A DNA stretch of 64,000 nt from Malacoraja senta (GCA_038087875.1 CM075993.1:2544001-2608000), one strand, 5' to 3'. Positions 37,960-49,630 are shown, numbered from the stretch's first letter. The notes: a model not told the origin generated them from the letters alone. Numbers and translations: made by a program.

Positions 37960-38600
37960 TCCATGTTCTCCACAGATGCTGCCTGGCCCGCTGAGTTACT
38001 CCAGCACTCTGTGAAACGTCACCTATCCATGTTCTCCACAGATGCTGCCTGACCCGCTGAGTTACTCCAGCACTCAGTGAAACGTCACCTATCCATGTTC
38101 TCCACAGATGCTGCCTGACCCGCTGAGTTACTCCAGCACTCTGTGAAACGTCACCTCTCCATGTTCTCCACAGATGCTGCCTGGCCCGCTGAGTTACTCC
38201 AGCACTCTGTGAAACGTCACCTATCCATGTTCTCCACAGATGCTGCCTGACCCGCTGAGTTACTCCAGCACTCTGTGAAACGTCACCTATCCATGTTCTC
38301 CACAGATGCTGCCTGACCCGCTGAGTTACTCCAGCACTCTGTGAAACGTCACCTATCCATGTTCCGGCAGCATCTATAGAGCGAAGGAAATAGGCAACGT
38401 TTCGGCCCGAAACCCTTCCGGGTTTCGGCCCGAAACGTTGCCTATTTCCTTCAGGGTTTCGGCCCGAAAGGTTGCCCATTTCCTTCGCTCCACAGATGCT
38501 GCCTGACCCGCTGAGTTACTCCAGCACTCTGTGAAACGTCACCTATCCGTTCTCCACAGATGCTGCCTGACCCGCTGAGTTACTCCAGCACTCTGTGTCA
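37960..38600 (+). repeat. 66-bp tandem array of a Penelope-derived unit, interrupted by a foldback piece at about 38367-38490
   Basis: GTGAAACGTC starts at 38011, 38077, 38143, 38209, 38275, 38341 and 38531; the same unit occurs twice at about 20815-20945. Confidence 0.9.
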
Positions 38601-39228
38601 TTTAATCGTGGATAGGTGACATTTTTGTCCGGGACCCTTCTTCAGTAACCTCTAAAGTAATGGCAATGGAGACGAGGTGAAAATAGGAATGAGATGAAAA
38701 TAGAATGGGATTAGTGCAGGATCAGTGTAAAGAGGTGTTTGATGTTCGTTATGGACAGATTCCGAGCTGTATAACTTTGCATATCAATAATCAGATACAA
38801 GCTTGCAGCCCGAGTCTTTGTTTTCTCCGTTGTGTGAAACATTGAGGTCGCTCACCCTGTAAGCACCGTATGTTTCATCGAACCTGATGGAACCTGCAGG
38901 AACATCTTCAAGTTGTCTGTTTGTAATTTGCAATCATTTCACTCCCATTGGGGAGTCTTGCCTTAATGAAAGCACATCAGAAATTCCATTAAGTGCCAAT
39001 CTGCTGCTTGCACTTCAGGTGAGAGAGAGAGAGAGAGTACAGAACAGCAGAATTACCCCAGCGGCATTCACATCTCGGAAATTGTGGAGCAGTTCCCCGT
39101 GTGATCCTATGTAGCAGCAGGAACACATAGCTGGAAAACGTAGCGTAGAAAATTCGCTGGGAAGAAAGAGGCCATTTGGCCCATTGAGTGCATGCCGGCT
39201 AAACGTGAGGTTGTAGACACAAGAAATT

Positions 39229-39755
39229 GGGCGGCACGGTGGCGCAGCGGCAGAGTTGCTGCCTCACACCGCCAGGGACGCGGGTTCGATCCTGACTACG
39301 GGTGCTGTCTGTACGGGGTTTGTACCTTCTCCCTGTGACCACGTGGGTTTTCTCCGGGTGCTTCGGTTTCCGCCCACAGTCCAAAGACCTACAGGTTTGC
39401 AGGTTAATCGGCTTGGTATCAATGTAAAATTATCCCTAGTGTACAGGATAGTGTTAAGGGACTGTCCCACTTGCCGATTTTTTTGGCGACTGCCGCGGCG
39501 TGACAGCGTGACGACGTATTGACGCGCGCCGTCTCCTCAAGTGTCGCAACATTTTATTTTGTCGACGCTGGATTTTGAAACTTTTCAAAATCTTTCGGCG
39601 ACCCTGATACGCCAGTCAATGACGCCGGCTGTCGCCGAAAAAAATCGCCAAACGGGACAGGCCCTTTCGTGTGCGGGGATCGCTGGTCGGTGTGGACCCG
39701 GTGGGCCAAAGGTCCTGTTTCCACGCTGTATCTCTAAACTAAACTAAACTAAACT
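39229..39755 (+). mobile_element. Full-length HE1-like SINE interrupted by a Harbinger-type MITE (39457-39665)
   Basis: A box TGGCGCAGCGG and B box present; MITE ends AGGGACTGTCCCAC ... GGGACAGGCCCT, flanked by TTA/TTC; MITE is related to 54648-54860. Confidence 0.85.
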
Positions 39756-39766
39756 AGTCATGTAAG

Positions 39767-39950
39767 GTAGACAAAAATGCTGGTGAAACTCAGCGGGTGC
39801 AGCAGCATCTATGGAGCGAAGGAAATAGGTAACGTTTGGGGCCGAAACGTTGCCTATTTCCTTCGCTCCATAGATGCTGCCGCACCCGCTGAGTTTCTCC
39901 AGCATTTTTGTCTACCTTCGATTTTCCAGCATCTGCAGTTCCTTCTTAAA
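39767..39950. mobile_element. Foldback Penelope-derived mini-element
   Basis: Inverted arms; flanking repeat CATGTAAG at 39759-39766 / 39956-39963. Confidence 0.8.
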
Positions 39951-40435
39951 CTAAACATGTAAGTTGGTGCAATCAAGGGCATGAAATCTAAAGTTGACCT
40001 TCCAAGTATAAAATACCTCAAGGTGATTAGCGATGATTTCTCAAAGGAAATAGATTGTAACCCTCCCACTCCCCTTTGCCCTTCTCATCCCCCTCCCATC
40101 CCTCGACCCCTAATCCCTAATGCGATCGGCAATTAACAGAGCAGAATTTAATGAGATATTTTCCAGGTAATTAAACATCTCCACGTTGCTATTAAAATCG
40201 ACCAGAACCAATTCGAAATATTGCGTTATGCAGTTGTCACCAAGATTGGAGGGAGTTGCAGGAAAAGTCCACACAACGAAACCGTCAATACTGGTGCAAT
40301 AGTAACAATAATAGTCTATTGCAGTCCAGAGCTGATTTGAGGTTGAAGCGTTTAATAGCCTGTAGGGAAGTAGCTGTTCCTGAACCTGGACGTTACAGTT
40401 TTCAGGCTAGAAAGATGAGGGGGGACATTAACCCC

Positions 40436-40723
40436 ACGCGGAAACAGGCCCTTCGGCCCACCGATTCCGCGCCGACCAGCGATCCCCGTACACTAGCACT
40501 ATCCTACACACACTAGGGACAATTTACCATTTTTACCAAAGCCAATTAACCTACAAGCCTGGACGTCTTTGGAGTGTGGGGGGAAACCGGAGAACCTGGA
40601 GAAAACCCACACGGTTCACGGGGAGAACGTACAAACTTCGTGCTGACAGCACCCGCAGTCAGGATCGAACCCGGGTCTCTGGCGCTGTGAGGCAGCAACT
40701 CTACCGCTGCACCACCGTGCCGT
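40436..40723 (-). mobile_element. HE1-like SINE
   Basis: Complete tRNA-like head on minus. Confidence 0.87.
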
Positions 40724-41389
40724 CCTTATGAGTATACGTCATTAATACTTGGGAGCCATAAACTCATGAGTGAATCGCACTGCGGATGAATCACTCCACC
40801 GCCACAACACAAAATTATTGTACATTAATTATTTTTCCAGCACAGAGAAATTGCCACGCATCTCTAAACTAGCCTGTAATAGCTTTCAAGTTGGGGCTTG
40901 TTGTATTTTAATTGCGCTTGCTGTTTGTCATTTCTTCCTTCTATTGACCTGTATTAGATTGAAACGGATGCAAGAGAAATGAGTGGAAGGTGGATAAAAA
41001 TGCTGGAGAAACTCAGCGGGTGAGGCAGCATCTATGGAGCGAAGGAATAGGCGACGTTTCGGGTCGAGACCCTTCTTCAAACTTCTTCAGAAGAATGTTT
41101 GGCGACTTGGATAATAGAAAGGAGGAGGTGAACAGGGCTTGTTGCGTGGTCCTTCCAGAAGAGTGGACGAGGAAATGAATGGGAAAACAAGTCTAGCCAC
41201 ATCATTGTGTTAATCTCTCAGTGGTCTCTTATGCCTCAATTCCATCTATAATTCAGGGCCCTGATGGGCTGAATGGCCTAATTCTGCTCCTATAATGTAT
41301 GAACCAGAACTTATAACACTAGAGTTATTCTCTCAATACAAAAAGCCCCATCTCCCTCTCTTCCCTTTGAAATCCAACATCAGGACTCA

Positions 41390-41878
41390 TAGGTTGAGCA
41401 GGCTGGGTCTCTATTCCTTGGAGCGCAGGAGGATGAGTGGTGATCTTACTGAGGTGTATAAAATCATGAGAGGAATAGATCGGGTAGACGCACAGTATCT
41501 CTTGCCCAGAGTAGGGGAATCGAGGACCAGAGTACACAGGTTTAAGGTGAAGGGGAAAAGATTTAATAGGAATCTGAGGGGTAACGTTTTCACACAAAGG
41601 GTGGTGGGTGTATGGAACAAGTCAAGTCAACTTTATTTGTCACATACACATACAAGATGTACAGTGAAATGAAAGTGGCAATGCTTGCTCCCAGAGGAGG
41701 TAGTTGAGGCCGGGACTATCCCAACGTTTAAGAAACAGTTAGACAGGTTCATGGGTAGGACAGGTTTGGAGGGATATGGACCAGGTGGGACTAGTGTAGC
41801 TGGAACATGTTGCTGGTGTGGGCAAGTTGGGCCGAAGGGCCTGTTTCCATGCTGTATCACTCTGTGACTCTATGACTC
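41390..41878 (+). mobile_element. CR1 3' fragment with a small insertion
   Basis: ORFs 41295..41672 and 41685..41867; CTCTATGA tail. Confidence 0.87.
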
Positions 41879-42285
41879 AGAGTGAGGAGTTGAGGTACCA
41901 AGTGTAAAGAGTTGTGGAGGAGTTAGACACAAGCGAGCGGTGACTGGTGGACAGAGGAGGAGTGAAGGGTGGAAACAAGGGTCTGCAGATGCTGGTGCGT
42001 GGACATTCCTCCTCAACCTTTGTTGGAAGTGAAAGCCTTTGTTTGTGGGCTTTCCCTGTTCCGCTGGGTGAACGTCAGTAAAGTCTTCCATCTAGTGGCC
42101 AAGCCCGGAACTGCCAAGGACTGCCCATCGCAACAGGTCACCTTGGACTTCCGTCTCGGTTAGAAGTCAATGCCTGGAAATTGGAATTGATTGATCCCTG
42201 GTTTTCTCAACTGATGGTGCGTTTAGCACAGTCACCAATTCAGATCGCATAAAAATACGAGGCAAAAGGGCATTTCAAGCAGCAT

Positions 42286-42576
42286 CTTCTTCTTGCGTCC
42301 AGAGGGTAGTCTGAAGAAGGGTTTCGGCCCGAAACGTTGCCTATTTCCTTCGCTCCATAGATGCTGCTGCACCCGCTGAGATTCTCCAGCATTTTTGTCT
42401 ACCTTCGATTTTCCAGCATCTGCAGCTCTTTCTTGAACATTTCTTCTTGTGTATGGCGTGCACAGCCTAAAGTTGTAGGACAACTTGTTCTATTTGATCG
42501 TATTTGATGTGCACGCCAGGTTGATTGCATTCGTCGAAACAGGGCGGACCACGTGAAGGTTGCAATCTTCCACCCC
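42286..42576 (-). mobile_element. Short ribozyme-headed retroposon (about 140 nt) with an (AAG)n tail; a Penelope-derived repeat is inserted in the tail (about 42298-42440)
   Basis: Flanked by TCAAGCAGCAT (42275-42285) and TCAGGCAGCGT (42577-42587); no tRNA A/B boxes; the 5' end coincides with ribozyme G1. Confidence 0.72.
42523..42576 (-). ncRNA. Minimal HDV-like self-cleaving ribozyme
   Basis: GGGGUGG-AA-GAUUGCA-ACC-UUCACGU-GGU-CCGCCCU-G-UUUCGA-CGAA-UGCAAUC gives a 7-bp P1 with G1-U wobble, a perfect 7-bp P2, a 3-bp P3, a 7-nt L3, a vestigial P4 and J4/2 CGAA. Confidence 0.8.
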
Positions 42577-43955
42577 TCAGGCAGCGTTAGGCCGGTGGAC
42601 AGTTCTCTGGTGCTGTCGGGCAGCAACTCTACCGTTGGGCCAACAGGCCGCTCCACCACAATATTTCTGAAATCCTTCCTAAACTGTCCCTCCTGTGCTC
42701 AACCCCAGACACATTACATTGAGTCTGTTAACTAGGCAAGGACAAGAGAGATGAAGGTTCTGAAATGAATTCCTCTTTACTCAATTATGGCAATTCTCTG
42801 TCTAACCTAGCTGAATTTTGTAGATCACTGGATTCTGAATGACAGCCACAATCGTTCAAAGATTGTAATTACTGCCACCAAAGAGCAGTTGATTGTTTAG
42901 TGAACCATTATATGAAGAGTGATCCTTCTCATTATTAAAGGTGGAGAAAAATGCTGGAGAAACTCAGCGGGTGAGGCGGCATCTATGGAGCGAAGGAACA
43001 GGTGACGTTTCGGGTCGAGACCCAAGGGTCTCCATAGATGCTGCCTCACCCGCTGAGTTTCTCCAGCATTTCGGACATGAATTGAAAGAGGCAATATTTA
43101 AAGGAGATGTGTGGGGCAGATTTTTTTACGATATTGACAGATACAATAGTGACATTTAAGAAACCCTTAGATAGGCATATGGATTTGAAAGGGATGGAGG
43201 CATAGATGACCATGTGCTGATCATGTGGATAGGTGATGATCTTGGCACCATGTACGGCACGGACTCTGTGGGCCCAAGGGCCTGTTTCCACGTGTATCAC
43301 TAAACTAATCTAGACTGTTCGGAATGTTTAAGATTGATACTACCCATTCTAACCATTACTAAGGCAAATTAGTTAATGGTAACATAAGGAAGTGCAGAAG
43401 CTGGGATCTTTACTCAAAACACAAAACACTTAGCGGGTGATGCAGCATCTGTGGAGGGAATGTATCTTTTCCTTCCACAGATACATACACGCTGAGTTAC
43501 TCCAGCAAATTGGTTAACGGGCTTTCCTCGTATTCCTTTTATTCTGATTAGGATTTAAATTCCCGTTCTGAGTTACATTTGCAGTAGCACGCAATCACAT
43601 TTACAAATGCATTACCATCTCTGATTATCTGTAATTGTTGCTTGCCTTTCGATTCCAGAGCAGTAGTTTCCAACTTTGAGTTCATCCGCTCCTTGCTGGA
43701 GACTGGATGGGATGAAGATGACAGAAGATGCGTGAAACTTCGGATCCTGAACGACTAATTCAATCCCGACTACGGGTGCTGCCTGTTTGGAGTTTGCAGG
43801 TTCTCCCTGCGGCCGAGTGGGTTTTATCCGGGTGCCAGGGTTTCTTCCCACTGTGGATTTTTGTAAATGCTGCCGAATCTGTCGTCTTGATAATGAATTT
43901 CACTGTGTTTTGCACCTATAGCAATACAGCACCATTGAATCGTTGAATCGGGAAT

Positions 43956-44156
43956 CAGAGGGTAGTTGAGGCCAGTTCATTGGCTATATTTAAGAGGGAG
44001 TTAGATGTGGCCCTTGTGGCTAAGGGGATCAGGGGGTATGGAGAGAAGGCAGGTACGGGATACTGAGTTGGATGATCAGCCATGATCATATTGAATGGCG
44101 GTGCAGGCTCGAAGGCCGAATGGCCTACTCCTGCACCTATTTTCTATGTATCTATG
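43956..44156 (+). mobile_element. CR1 3' end
   Basis: Nearly identical to the reverse complement of about 13190-13390. Confidence 0.88.
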
Positions 44157-44172
44157 TAAGTCACATCGCCTT

Positions 44173-44473
44173 AGGGCAGCACGGTGGCGCAGCGGTAGAG
44201 TTGCTGCCTCACAGCACCAGTGACCCAGGTTCCATCCTGACTATGGGCGCTGTCAGCGCGGAGTTTGCATGCTCTCCCCGTGACCTGCGTGGGTTTTCCC
44301 CGGGTGCTCTGGTTTCCTCCCACACTCCCAAAGAAGTACAGATTTGTAGGCTAATTGGCTTCTGTAAAATTGTAAATTGTCCCTGGGTGTAGGATAGCAT
44401 TAGCGTACGGGGCGATCGCTGGTGCGTGTGGACTCGGTGGGCCGAAGGGCCTGTTTCCGCTCTGTGTCGCTAA
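44173..44473 (+). mobile_element. Full-length HE1-like SINE
   Basis: GGGCAGCACGGTGGCGCAGCGG head through to the CR1-like tail. Confidence 0.88.
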
Positions 44474-44750
44474 AGAGAGAATGTAGAATAATTTATAGTC
44501 CGCATTTGCGATTTCTCAACTCCAGGAGCATGCAATAAATTTCATGAGAAGCTTTATTTAATAATGAAGGCGGAGCAGACAGGTAACCTCATTAAATGAT
44601 TGAATTGTGCTAATCAGTGGTTTTGGGGAAACCGGTCGTTAATCAGGAAATCTCTGCTGACTTTCAGCGTCAGGACAAATGAGCGAAACCGGATCTTTTC
44701 ACCTCCCGTGAATGAATCAATTTGTCAGGACGGGGTGTGTGGCAACTCAC

Positions 44751-44846
44751 CTGATCAAAGGGTTGGCTACTTGAAGAGGAGAGGGTTCTTCACTGGATCC
44801 TTGGCACAGATCAGCTGCTGTTCCCAGCAGACCAGAGAATAATAGC
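44751..44846 (-). CDS. Candidate 96-bp internal exon of an unidentified gene
   Basis: Acceptor tcttctcccatttgcgtatgacag with an upstream CTAAC, donor CAG|GTGAGT; length divisible by 3; one open frame (LLFSGLLGTAADLCQGSSEEPSPLQVANPLI); unique non-repeat context; peptide not recognised. Confidence 0.3.
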
Positions 44847-45359
44847 CTGTCATACGCAAATGGGAGAAGATGAATACTGTTCAGTTAGGTCTGTCACATT
44901 AGAGAAATCTATTAGTCCGCCACCGAAAAGTGAACTCAATCATTCTCCGGCAACTTGCAGCAACAATTAGGAAAACCTTCAGGTCTTTTCAGAATTAGAC
45001 CTTGATGAAATTATCAAAGGTCATCGCTATCCAAACCAGTTGGCCATTTCCCTCACCTCATGATACTTCCAAGTTGGATTTTATGAGGAGGATTCTCAAT
45101 TTGTTATCTTGTTTCAATGCCACAGTTTGTCAGTCTTTCAATTTGTTCCATGTTTGACGAAACATGAGTAATATTAATCACCCCCCCGGGCGAATGCTAA
45201 TATTCCAATGCAGCCAATGGACTGGTTACTGCCGACAACATTAGTACAACAGCTCGTCGATGGATGGGAACTACAGACGCTGGTTTCAAACCGAAGACAG
45301 ACACAAAAAGCTGGAGTAACTCAGCGGGACAGGCAGCGTCTCTGGAGAAAAGGGATAAC

Positions 45360-45862
45360 ACCTTAACTCCCCTTCCCATTCCCACACTGACCTTTCTGTC
45401 CTGGGCCTCCTCCATTGTCAGAGTGAGGCTAAATGCAAATTGGAGGAACAGCAACTCATATTTTGCTTGGGCAGCTTACACCCCAGCGGTATCAATATTG
45501 ATTGCTCTAACTTTAAGTAACCCTTGCATCCCCTCTCTCTGTGTCCCTCCCCCACCCTAGTTGTCATACTAGTTTCACTGTCATCCTGTTGAGTTTCATT
45601 GTCTATATAACTCATTATCACCTAGCTCACAGCCAACAATGGACCATTGTGGGCTCCACCGTTCCTTGATCATTGTTACTTTTTTTGTATATTTATCATT
45701 CATTTGTTCTATTTCTCTCCATATCATAATCTATCTCTCTTTCCCCTTCCCCTGACTCTCAGTCTGAAGAAGGGTCTCGAACTGAAAAATCATCTCTTCC
45801 TTCTCTCCAGAGATGCTGCCTGACCCGTTGAGTTACTCCAGCTTTTTGTGTCTGTCTTCGGT
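45360..45862 (+). mobile_element. Penelope-like 3' fragment
   Basis: KLEEQQLIFCLGSLHPSGINI homology followed by the terminal repeat. Confidence 0.78.
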
Positions 45863-46101
45863 AGTCTTGTTGCTTCTTGAGCGCGGTGGTGGAAAGATTG
45901 GTGGAAGCAGGGCCGTGACGTGAACACTCTTTCCTTGACCCCGCCAGAGGGTGGTGAATGTGTGGAATTCTTTGCCACAGACGGCTGTGGGGGCCAAGTC
46001 AGTGGATATATTTAAGGCTGAGACAGATCGATTCTTGATTAGTTACGGGTGTCAGGGGTTATGGGGAGAAGGCAGGAGAATGGGGTTAGAAGAGAGAGAT
46101 A

Positions 46102-46305
46102 AGGGCCTGTCCCACTTTCACGACCTAATTCACGACCTTTTTTACTCGTGGAGATTTTTCATCAGGCTAGAAAAACGCCCCGACCCACTTGATGCCATGA
46201 GTACCTACGACTAACATCACGACCTCCTACGACCTCGTGACGACCATGCTGCGAGTATGAGTCAAGGGCAAACTCGGCAGAGGTCGTGAAAGTGGGACAG
46301 GCCCT
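46102..46305. mobile_element. PIF/Harbinger-type MITE inside a CR1 3' end
   Basis: TIR AGGGCCTGTCCCACTTTCACGACCT; 3-bp TSD ATA at 46099-46101 / 46306-46308. Confidence 0.87.
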
Positions 46306-46335
46306 ATAGATCAGCCATGATTGAGTCAAGAGTCA

Positions 46336-46655
46336 AGGGCCTGTCCCACTGTACGAGTCCATTCCAAGAGCTCTCCCGAGTAAAAAAAAAAATCAAACTC
46401 GTGGTAAGCACGTAGAATGAACGTAGCGGGTTCGTCGGAGCTCGGGGACGTCTCTTAGCGGCTCGTAACGCTAACGGCAGGTACTCGGGAAACGCGGTAA
46501 GCTCGTGAAGACTCGTGAAGATTTTTCAACGTGTTGAAAAATGTCCACGAGAGCCCCGAGTACCCACGAGCGGCCATTACCGTAAATCTCCGAGTTCAAA
46601 TCAGGGGAAACTCGGGAGAACTCTTGAATTAGCTCGTACAGTGGGACAGGCCCCT
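46336..46655. mobile_element. PIF/Harbinger-type MITE
   Basis: TIR AGGGCCTGTCCCACTGTACGAG; TSD TCA at 46333-46335 / 46656-46658. Confidence 0.87.
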
Positions 46656-46878
46656 TCACGAGTCAAGAGTAAAAGCGTTCAGTGTGTATATATACTAATG
46701 CACACATACTCAATAAATAAAGAAATACTGCGCAATAATAATAATAGTCTGTAGTAGTTCAGAGATTATTTGTTGTTGTGTTTAATAGCCTGATGGCTGT
46801 AGGGAATGGCACAATTCTGCTCCCATGCCCATCTATAGTCTCCTCCCAAGATTGCTAACAACAGATAGTGAGCAGTTA

Positions 46879-47186
46879 AGGACCTGTCCTACTGTACGAG
46901 GTAATTCAAGAGTTCTCCCGAGTTTCCCCTGATTCGAACTCGGAGAATTACGGTAATAGCCACTCGTAGGTACTCGGGGCTCTCGTGGACATTTTTCACA
47001 GTGCTGAAAAATCTTCATGAGCTTACCGCGTTTCCCGAGTACCTGCCGTTAGCGTTACGAGCCGCTAAGAGACGACCCCGAGCTCCGACGTACCCGCTAC
47101 GTACATTCCAACGTGCTTACCACGAGTCTGATTTTTTTTTTACTCGGGAGAGCTCTTGGGTAAACTCGTACAGTGGGACAGGCCCT
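46879..47186. mobile_element. PIF/Harbinger-type MITE, inverted copy of 46336-46655
   Basis: Same TIR family; body is the reverse complement of the previous element. Confidence 0.85.
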
Positions 47187-47525
47187 TTTGATTGCATTAA
47201 ATAATATGTAATTCCAAATAATGAGACCTTGGGGTAATTAATCAGTAATCTTTTGTACAGATTTAATTAAACATTTTTTTCTGATTTCATTTGATTCCAT
47301 TGTTTGGAAATTCCTTTTAAAGGGCATTATGAAATGAACATGATAGGAATATTTTTGTATAATTATGCTTTCATTTTGTGAATGCAAATATATTTGTGAC
47401 CACTGCTGATCTGCGTTAACCTGCGCTTGGGCTCTGAGGATTAGATTGAAGGTTTAACAAAGTGCTTCCACTAGAAGAATAAGTTACAGGTCTCACTTCC
47501 AGTGTCGTTATATCAGTTTGATTTT

Positions 47526-47895
47526 TCATAAGATCATAAGTGATAGGAGCAGAAGTAGGCCATTCGGCCCATCAAGTCTGCTCCACCATTCAATCATGGC
47601 TGATCTATCTCTCCCTCCTAACCCCATCCTCCTGCCTTCTCCCCATAACCTCTGACACCTGCACTAATCAAGATTCTATCTATCTCTGCTTTAAATCTAT
47701 CCATTGACTTGGCCTCCACAGCCTTCTGTGGCAAAGAATTCCACTGATTCACCACCCTCTGACTAAAGAAATTCCTCCTCATCTCCTTCCTAAAAGAATG
47801 TCCTTTAAATCTGAGGCTGTGACCTCAAATCGTAGACTCTCCCACGGGTGGAAACATCCTCTCCACATCCACTCTATCCAGGCCTTTCACTATTC
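47526..47895 (-). mobile_element. CR1 3' fragment, (CTTATGA)-tail subfamily
   Basis: Similar to 12046-12500. Confidence 0.85.
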
Positions 47896-48029
47896 TTCAT
47901 TATATTTAAGACAGTGAGGACGTCTCGAGTCTGAAGAAGGGTCTCGACCCAAAACATGACCCATTCCCTCTCCCCAGAGATGCTGCCTGTCCCGCTGAGT
48001 TACTCCAGCTTTGTGTGTCTATCTTCGGG

Positions 48030-48238
48030 AGTCAGTCTACCCCACGACAGAAGGGGGTGGAGTTGTCCAGTTTGATAGCCACAGGGAAGAAGGATCTCCT
48101 GTGGCGTTCTGTGCTGCATCTTGGTGGAACCAGTCTGTTGCTGAAGGTGCTCCTCACGTTGACCAGTGCGTCATGGAGGGGGTGAGATGTATTGTCCAGG
48201 ATGCTCCGCAGTTTGAGGAGCATCCTCCCCTCCAAGAC
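48030..48238 (-). mobile_element. Rex-Babar-type ORF C-terminal fragment
   Basis: SILDNTSHPLHDAL...RLVPPRCSTERHRRSFFPVAIKL; a related piece lies at about 61615-61790. Confidence 0.72.
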
Positions 48239-48327
48239 TAGTGGCCATCTAGTGATGAAGCTGCAGAATAAGTCAAACTGAAGATCAGAAGGAACCCGCA
48301 GTGGCTGGCATGCATTAACTGCACACT

Positions 48328-48660
48328 TAGAGTCATAGAGTGATACAGCATGGAAACAGGTCCTTCGGCCCAACTTGTCCTCACCGACCAACATGTCCCA
48401 GCTACACTAGTCCCGCATACCTGTGTTTGGCCCATATCCCTCCACACCTGTCCTATCCATGTACCTGTCCAAATGTTTCTTAAACGTTGCCTGAACTACC
48501 CCCTCCGGCAGCTCGTTCCATACACCCACCACACGTTACGTAAAAAGTTACCCATCGGGTTCCTATTAAATCTTCCCCCCCTCAGCTCAAAATATGCCAT
48601 CTGGTTCTCGATTCCCCTAGGACTTTGCGCGTCTACCCGATCTAGTCCTCTGGTGATTTT
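48328..48660 (-). mobile_element. CR1 3' fragment
   Basis: CTCTATGA tail and CR1 3' UTR. Confidence 0.82.
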
Positions 48661-49096
48661 GTGCACTGTAAAAGCTATCCCAGCATTCTGCGTCTATCTT
48701 TTTATCTACGTGCAAAAGAGCCTGGCTGAGGATTCAAGGACTTGACTGACATGTTCATCTTGGCAAGATTACAATCTGCTGAGATGAGCAAACAATAAAA
48801 GACTCATCACCTGCTTATGGCCCATAATAAACCAAGGAGTTACTCAGCCCAAGGTCAATTACTCAGAAATAATCTGACACTTTACTCAATCAAAATGCAA
48901 ACCAGCCCACATTATGGAAATGCGTCAAAGATATCAGCATGAACAACTTAAAGGAGTAAAGTAAGCATTTATTGCCCATCCCGATCTCTCTTGGTGGCGA
49001 TTATCACTGATCCATGAAAAATGTTCAATGTACCTAAAGAGGCAAGAGTGTTTTTCCACATGTACCAAAACAGAACAATGACATTGTAACGTGTAG

Positions 49097-49630
49097 GTAT
49101 TGTGTTCAGTTCTGGGCACCGTGTTATAGGAAAGGTGTTGTCAAGCTGGAAAAGGTGCTGAGAAGAGTCATGAGGATGGCGCCAGGACTAGAGGGTCTGA
49201 GCTATTGGGAGAGGTTGAGTAGGCTGGGACTATTCCCTGGAGCGCAGGAAGATGAGGGGTGATCTTATAGAGGTGTATAAAATGATGAGATGAATAGATC
49301 GGGTAGACGCACAGAATCTCTTGCCCAGAGTAGGGGAATCGAGGACCAGAGGACCATAGGTTTAAGGTGAAGGGGAAAAGATTTAAAAGGAATCAGAGGG
49401 TTAACCTTTTCACACAAAGGGTGGTGAGTGTATTGAACGAGCTGCCGGAGGAGGTAGTTGAGGCAGGGACTATCCCAACGTTTAAAAAAACAGACAGGTA
49501 CATGGATAGTACAGGTTTGGAGGGATATGGACCAAACGTGGGCAGGTGGGACTAGTGTAGCTGGGACATGTTGGGCGGTGTGGGCAGGTTGGGTCAAAGG
49601 GCCTGTTTCCACACTGTATCACTCTATGAC
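49097..49630 (+). mobile_element. CR1 3' fragment
   Basis: ORF 49367..49555 is a CR1 C-terminus; ACTCTATGA tail. Confidence 0.88.

Noticed and set aside
38856..38893. 38-nt minus-strand exon-like segment
   Set aside because: Weak pyrimidine tract, and joining it to the 44751-44846 candidate gives an early stop.
43659..43758. Possible plus-strand terminal exon (AVVSNFEFIRSLLETGWDEDDRRCVKLRILND)
   Set aside because: Peptide not recognised, no upstream partner exon found, and it abuts a SINE fragment.
44173..44245. tRNA-like A/B boxes as functional tRNA genes
   Set aside because: They are SINE heads followed by the SINE body and LINE-derived tail in every copy.
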